In this document: positions 59,282-64,000 of the stretch, piece by piece
How positions within the stretch are numbered: the first letter of the stretch is position 1
Layout: each line of letters begins with the position of its first letter
Assembly: GCA_964441235.1 (NCBI GenBank)
Contig: CAYTUQ010000002.1
Coordinates: 96,110 to 160,109, forward strand
Reading direction: 5' to 3'
Origin: an uncultured bacterium
Lineage (GTDB): Bacteria; Fidelibacterota; UBA2242
DNA: 64,000 nucleotides
The notes under the pieces: model-generated
Databases searched by the model: none
The model's input: the letters and a program-made list of their open reading frames with translations, nothing else
Told to the model about the DNA's origin: nothing
Translations under genes and position numbers: made by a program

Positions 59282-59983
59282 TTATTCCTCCACTTTCTCA
59301 AAATCTTCTTTTCCCACACCGCATACTGGACAAACCCAGTCATCCGGGATATCTTCAAAGGCTGTTCCGGGTTCAATTCCACCATCCGGATCACCCTTTG
59401 CAGGATCATAAATATAACCACAAACCGTGCATTCATATTTGTTCACAGCAACCTCCGTTTTTTTGTTTACTTCTTTTTTCTCTTTAATATACGTTGGAGC
59501 AGTTTCTGGTGATTTACCATGTTTTACTTCATGATAATAATCATAGGTCAAAGGCTCCTTATTGTTCAGTATCTCAGCACTAATCGCTTTCCCAATAAAA
59601 ACAGTGTATCCTCCCACATCAATAGCATCAATAACCTCAGCCTCAAAGTACGCTATGGAATTATCCAGAATTATCGGAACTCCTATTTTACCAATCTTGT
59701 AATCTACATTCTCAAATTTATCCAGGACTCTACCGGATTTAAATCCAAATTGCCCTATGAATTTCATAGGTGTTTCTTTAGATAATATGGAGACCGTAAA
59801 AACTTTACTCTCTGCAATATATTTGTGGGTTAAATTCTTTTTGTTTATGCTAATCGCTACTGTGGGCGGGTTTGAGTTTATCTGAACAATTGCATTGGCA
59901 ATTTGTCCATTGAATTTATCACCCAGCTTTGAGCTGACAACATACATTCCATAACCGATTTTGTGAAACGTCTGTGGATTCAC
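59282..59983 (-). CDS. Flavin reductase domain fused to a C-terminal rubredoxin (high-molecular-weight rubredoxin-like)
   Basis: 233 aa. FMN-binding split-barrel N-terminus. C-terminal [12 protein letters not shown]...DDWVCPVCG rubredoxin motifs. Confidence 0.85.
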   Translation of the reverse strand: MNPQTFHKIGYGMYVVSSKLGDKFNGQIANAIVQINSNPPTVAISINKKNLTHKYIAESKVFTVSILSKETPMKFIGQFGFKSGRVLDKFENVDYKIGKIGVPIILDNSIAYFEAEVIDAIDVGGYTVFIGKAISAEILNNKEPLTYDYYHEVKHGKSPETAPTYIKEKKEVNKKTEVAVNKYECTVCGYIYDPAKGDPDGGIEPGTAFEDIPDDWVCPVCGVGKEDFEKVEE

Positions 59984-60423
59984 TTTTCACCCGAGAATAA
60001 TCTATTTTCTCCCTTAATCTTTTGAATATCAGTAATATCCTGGGTTACTTCTAAACATCCTAAATACTCGTCATTTTTACCACGTACTGGGAAATATCTG
60101 ATATAGATTAATCTTCCTTTCATATTGATCCAAAATTCCGCAGAATCCCTCTTCTTATTTTTGAAATCCTCCAGTATTTGATTTACGACATGAACGCTTT
60201 TTTGAGGATGACACTGCTGAACTTTCTTTCCGATAACTGCCTTAGTCCTTGGGAAAAACCTATCCTTCGGCTGATTGAAATAACGAACTGTATCCTCCTT
60301 ATCAACAAAAGTAATATCAACAGGAAGCGCATTAAGAATTGCTCCCAATTCTTCAATTGTCATACTTCCACTTTCAAATTGTGCCAAACCTTCCATTTCA
60401 ATCTCCAATGATTTTTCTTTCAC
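59980..60423 (-). CDS. Stand-alone PAS-like domain of the type found in DUF438 proteins
   Basis: 147 aa. ..[19 protein letters not shown]....[20 protein letters not shown]...V..IL..FK.. as I recall from DUF438-associated PAS domains. Unverified. Confidence 0.6.
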   Translation of the reverse strand: MKEKSLEIEMEGLAQFESGSMTIEELGAILNALPVDITFVDKEDTVRYFNQPKDRFFPRTKAVIGKKVQQCHPQKSVHVVNQILEDFKNKKRDSAEFWINMKGRLIYIRYFPVRGKNDEYLGCLEVTQDITDIQKIKGENRLFSGEK

Positions 60424-60483
60424 TATCTCGGCTTCAATTTCGACATACCTGTATTAAGGCAACTATTTTCGTTCTCAAAATAA

Positions 60484-61059
60484 CTACCAGTTCTCCGCCA
60501 ATAGTTCAAAATACGCCTTGGGATGTGCACAGGCGGGACATTTTTCTGGTGGTTCTGTTCCTACATGAATATATCCACAATTCCTGCAGCGCCATACTAC
60601 AGGTTCGTCCTTCTTGAAAACTTTACCATCTTCTATATTCTTAGCAAGCTCAAGATAGCGTTTTTCATGTTGCTTTTCCGCAACTGCAATAGCTCTCATT
60701 ACTGCCGCTAATTCTGAAAATCCTTCTTCATCAGCAATCTTAGCAAATTCAGGATACATTGTAGAGTGTTCATAATTCTCTCCTGCTACAGCTGCCTTAA
60801 GATTATCAATAGTATCTCCAATTACTCCAGCTGGAAATGCTGCATTAATTTCTACTTCGCCACCCTCTAAGAATTTGAACAAACGTTCAGCGTGTTCCTT
60901 TTCCTGATCAGCCGTTTCTGTAAAAATATCAGAGATTTGTACAAATCCCTCCTTCTTAGCCTTTGAAGCAAAATAGGTATAACGGTTACGTGCCTGTGAT
61001 TCTCCTGCAAAAGCAGTTAGAATATTTTTTTCAGTCTTTGTTCCTTTCAAACTTTTCAT
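60484..61059 (-). CDS. rbr: Rubrerythrin
   Basis: 191 aa. Diiron four-helix bundle (E..E..H twice) plus C-terminal rubredoxin-like WRCRNCGY...CPACAHP. Confidence 0.95.
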   Translation of the reverse strand: MKSLKGTKTEKNILTAFAGESQARNRYTYFASKAKKEGFVQISDIFTETADQEKEHAERLFKFLEGGEVEINAAFPAGVIGDTIDNLKAAVAGENYEHSTMYPEFAKIADEEGFSELAAVMRAIAVAEKQHEKRYLELAKNIEDGKVFKKDEPVVWRCRNCGYIHVGTEPPEKCPACAHPKAYFELLAENW

Positions 61060-61145
61060 TTCACTCTCCCTTTCTATTCATATTTTTTCTATCTATCCTC
61101 ACATTCATTTTCCCTGCTTGCTAAACTTTACAACCTTCGCAAAGT

Positions 61146-62345
61146 TCAGATAACAGTATATCCTACATCTTCGATCTTCTTTATTATTATTTCTTTGTTA
61201 ACATTTCCATCTATTTTAACTGACTTATTATCAATTGATACGACAACTTTTTCAACTCCTGGTATTTGTTTTAATGATTGTTCTATTGTCATTTGACAGT
61301 GCTTACAAGACATATCAGGAACATGAAATTCATAATCCATTTTCACACTTTTATCTTTTTTATTAAATAAATTTAAAAGCAATATCCCCAGCAGAATAAC
61401 AGAGGCAATAACCTGTATTAAATAGGGTAAATGCCTGCCGTGTGTCATTATCTGCGCAGTGACTACGCCCGGTTGAAATATAGCATCAATAATAAGCCCG
61501 CTAATAACAGCAACTATTATTATACCAATTAAGTATAAAATGAAAACTTTCCTACCAAGTTTCTTGGCTACGAATCCCATTGTAATTGTGTTTGTGGCTG
61601 GTCCAGCAATAAGAAAAGCAAGAGCTGCACCGGGTATCAACCCTTTCATTAACAGTGCTGCGGCAATAGGAACCGAGCCAACTGCACAAACATATAGCGG
61701 TATAGAAACAGCAATCATTAGCGGATAGGCTATTAGCGGATTTGAGAGATATTCTGATGCAAAATCAACTGGAATTACCGCAGATAAAATACCCCCAATA
61801 ATAATTCCAAAGAGCAAAGTCCTCGACATATCCTGCGGTAGGACTTTAAATCCGTAGATAAAAGTAGATTTTAATCTTACAATAAGTGATAGATGCGAAT
61901 GTATTCCATGCTTGTATGTTTGTACAAGTGGAGGTTTAGAGTTTTTTTCAGTAATATATATCAACATTCCTATTAATAAACCGGCAAAAAGCGCCGATAG
62001 CGGTCTCGCAATTGCAAAAACTCCCCCCATAAAAGCGTATGTTACGAAAATTGAATCAATACCGGTTGTTGGAGTTGAAACTAAAAACGACATTGTGGAC
62101 GCTTTTGATGCACCATCCTTCCGTAATCCTGCTGCAATTGGAATTACTGAGCATGAACATACCGGAAGTGGTATTCCAAAAATAGTGGCTTTTAAAATTG
62201 GTAAAAATCCCGGTCCACCGAGATGAGTACGAATGAATTCTTCTCCAATAAAAGAATGTATTAACCCTGCAATGAACAAACCAAGAATAAGCCACGGGCT
62301 TACAATCAGAAAAAAATTCCAGATCTCAGTAATGATTCCAAGCAT
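61146..62345 (-). CDS. Permease (DUF318/SO_0444-like putative metal transporter) fused to a C-terminal heavy-metal-associated domain
   Basis: 399 aa. Polytopic with a conserved PLPVCSCSVIP motif. C-terminal HMA fold with MSCKHCQMTIE. Confidence 0.75.
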   Translation of the reverse strand: MLGIITEIWNFFLIVSPWLILGLFIAGLIHSFIGEEFIRTHLGGPGFLPILKATIFGIPLPVCSCSVIPIAAGLRKDGASKASTMSFLVSTPTTGIDSIFVTYAFMGGVFAIARPLSALFAGLLIGMLIYITEKNSKPPLVQTYKHGIHSHLSLIVRLKSTFIYGFKVLPQDMSRTLLFGIIIGGILSAVIPVDFASEYLSNPLIAYPLMIAVSIPLYVCAVGSVPIAAALLMKGLIPGAALAFLIAGPATNTITMGFVAKKLGRKVFILYLIGIIIVAVISGLIIDAIFQPGVVTAQIMTHGRHLPYLIQVIASVILLGILLLNLFNKKDKSVKMDYEFHVPDMSCKHCQMTIEQSLKQIPGVEKVVVSIDNKSVKIDGNVNKEIIIKKIEDVGYTVI

Positions 62346-62362
62346 AATTCTATTTCAAACTA

Positions 62363-62587
62363 CTAAAATACCTGCTCAACAGCTTTCATCTCAGGAATAA
62401 ATTCCTTTAATTTTCTTTCAATACCCATTCTAAGAGTAATAGTACTCATCGGACAGCCGCTGCAAGCACCTGTTAATTTCACTTTTACGATACCATCATC
62501 TGCTACTTCAACTAACTCCACATCACCGCCATCTGCCTGGAGCATAGGACGAATTTCGTCAAGAATTTTTTCAACTTTTTCTTTCAT
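62363..62587 (-). CDS. NifU-like (Nfu C-terminal domain) Fe-S cluster carrier
   Basis: 74 aa. ..[32 protein letters not shown]. Confidence 0.88.
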   Translation of the reverse strand: MKEKVEKILDEIRPMLQADGGDVELVEVADDGIVKVKLTGACSGCPMSTITLRMGIERKLKEFIPEMKAVEQVF

Positions 62588-62592
62588 CTTAT

Positions 62593-63033
62593 TTACCTTC
62601 CAACTTTATTATTTTTTTCACGACATTCTTTACATATTCCTTTGAAATATCCATGTACTTCCTCAATTTCATTGCCATTAATTTGAGTTATTTCCCTATC
62701 GCAAAAGGGACATTTCACCTCAATATCAATTATTTTTCCACACTTTCTACACAAAAAATGATGATGACTTTTTATATTAATATCATATCTAACTTCTGTA
62801 CCGGTAATTGTTACGGCATGGATCAACCCCTTTTCAAGAAATAGATTCAATGTATTATAAATTGTAGTTTTTGACATTGTTGGTATTCTTTTAGAAATAT
62901 TTTCATAAATTATTTCAGCAGTTGGGTGATTCAGATTTTTCTCAAGATATTCAAGAATGCACAATCTTTGATAAGTAGGTTTTACCTCTTTTTCTTCCAA
63001 CTTATTTTTAATATGTTTCATATTTGTAATCAT
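62593..63033 (-). CDS. perR: Fur-family regulator, most likely peroxide regulator PerR (start may be ATG 63021)
   Basis: 146 aa. Winged helix ..QRLCILEYL.., HHHF, two CxxC pairs. Heads an operon of rbr/fprA/dfx genes. Confidence 0.8.
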   Translation of the reverse strand: MITNMKHIKNKLEEKEVKPTYQRLCILEYLEKNLNHPTAEIIYENISKRIPTMSKTTIYNTLNLFLEKGLIHAVTITGTEVRYDINIKSHHHFLCRKCGKIIDIEVKCPFCDREITQINGNEIEEVHGYFKGICKECREKNNKVGR

Positions 63034-63038
63034 TACAA
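63024..63038. promoter_or_regulatory. Perfect 7-1-7 palindrome TTGTAATcATTACAA: candidate PerR/Fur box (autoregulation)
   Basis: Read directly. Overlaps the perR translation start and lies just downstream of the putative -10. Resembles the PerR box TTATAATnATTATAA with one symmetric change per half-site. Confidence 0.55.
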
Positions 63039-63042
63039 AATT

Positions 63043-63071
63043 AATATAACTACAATTTATTTAATTGTCAA
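63043..63071 (-). promoter_or_regulatory. Putative promoter of the perR operon: TTGACA - 17 nt - TATATT (also contains TAATTTTG, an FCB-type TAnnTTTG -7 element)
   Basis: Minus strand reads TTGACAATTAAATAAATTGTAGTTATATTAATTTTG. Implies a very short or absent leader. Confidence 0.5.
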
Positions 63072-63438
63072 GACTTTTTTATTTCATCATGAAATATTTT
63101 TTGAATCAATAATTTTTAAATGTACAGTTTCTATTTCCGTACTTCAAATGTTGTTTACTTCAGTGTCAGGAGTGAGCTCCTGACACAACGGGACAAATAA
63201 TCTCCAATCCATATTCCGTTAGGAGCTTACTCCTAAAGATTCCTACCTTCTCTGAAAATCCGCAAACTGACAGGCTACGGAGCACCTGCCCGACATGATT
63301 GCCGATCCCTACGGATCCGTATGGACAGGCAGGCGGGCAGCCCCGTAGCGAGTAATCTCCAATCCTACCTCTATTGGTAACCGAATCCTTTGGTACTTCC
63401 TTTAAAAAAATAAAGCTCTTTTCGCGTCTTTTTGCAGG

Positions 63439-64000
63439 TTACTTAAATATTTCGCCGGTCTCTTTATACCAGAATAAGAGGTCTAAATGTGCCATTGGAA
63501 TTTCTATCTCTTTTGAGAAATCTGTCATCTTTTTTTCTATCTCAAAATATTTTTTCTTTGATAGAGTTTTTGGTATGTTACCAATAACTCCATAAACCTC
63601 CAGATTTTTTAAGATATGTCTGTCGAGAATAGCTATTTGATTCCCGAAACCAACATTCCTCAAGAAGTGACTTGCCTCTTTATATCCTATCCCTTTTACG
63701 TTTTTCACCAGCCACTCTCTTTTGGAAGAAACATTTTTTTGTTGAATCAGTATGGATTTTATCGAAATTTTTCCATTGTTTGTGAAAAATTCACGTGCTT
63801 CAACAATGTATCTTGCTTTGTTATTCCTGAATCGAACAATATTCAATTCTTTGCTAATCTTTGACGCACTTCCTTGAAATATCAAATCACTGTTAATCAA
63901 ATTTTGAACTGCCAACCAGCAAGACTTTGCTTTTGACTGTGGAGTTAAAAGGCAAAATACAAGTTCGGTGAAAATATCCTCATCAGAGCCAGAGTGCCAT
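63439..64000 (-). CDS. ogg: N-glycosylase/DNA lyase (Ogg2-type 8-oxoguanine DNA glycosylase); 5' end beyond the window
   Basis: The reading frame stays open upstream of the track ORF (..SDEDIFTELVFCLLTPQSKAKSCWLAVQNL..). HhH-GPD block ..VKGIGYKEASHFLRNVG..ILDRH.. Confidence 0.85.
   Translation of the reverse strand, partial: WHSGSDEDIFTELVFCLLTPQSKAKSCWLAVQNLINSDLIFQGSASKISKELNIVRFRNNKARYIVEAREFFTNNGKISIKSILIQQKNVSSKREWLVKNVKGIGYKEASHFLRNVGFGNQIAILDRHILKNLEVYGVIGNIPKTLSKKKYFEIEKKMTDFSKEIEIPMAHLDLLFWYKETGEIFK

Overview
AT-rich bacterial chromosomal segment with one tRNA, no rRNA and about 55 credible protein genes, roughly 85% on the minus strand. Several markers suggest an anaerobic or microaerophilic diderm of the FCB superphylum (Ignavibacteria/Bacteroidota-like). 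These are a T9SS C-terminal sorting-domain cargo, a TonB-dependent receptor with a DUF4249 partner, KDO genes, and a desulfoferrodoxin/rubrerythrin/FprA cluster. This placement is inference only; no database search was possible.

Core blocks:
- kdsA-pyrG-kdsB-gatC
- an 8-gene TolC/MFP/ABC (MacAB-like) efflux operon
- cca
- a CPBP protease/HD-GYP/rlmD block
- kbl-acpS-tdh
- ychF and tRNA-Asp
- ruvB-queA-ispD-ispF-dedA-gltX
- a 9-gene PerR-headed oxidative-stress operon
- ogg (edge-truncated)

Accessory pockets:
- a single-chain Type IIG R-M enzyme next to an MNT antitoxin and a truncated HEPN toxin (21.7-25.1 kb)
- YafQ/DinJ (35.1-35.7 kb)
- a frameshifted VapC with its antitoxin, and a decayed PP-loop ATPase (46.3-47.5 kb)

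The most unusual property is non-coding. Almost every intergenic region longer than about 150 bp is filled with combinatorially shuffled, GC-rich short hairpin modules. Some of these are assembled into 150-300 bp composite elements present in 2-3 copies. One composite shows a nested insertion with an 8-bp target duplication. Another pair brackets the YafQ/DinJ cassette. One module string replaces the 3' part of the HEPN gene. Degenerate tRNA-Asp-like units flank the real tRNA-Asp.

Two apparent frameshifts sit in homopolymers (gatC at A7, vapC at G5), so sequencing error must be considered. No CRISPR array, integrase, transposase or prophage genes were seen. All calls come from reading the sequence and ORF translations by eye. 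Percent identities, GC values and family names are unverified.
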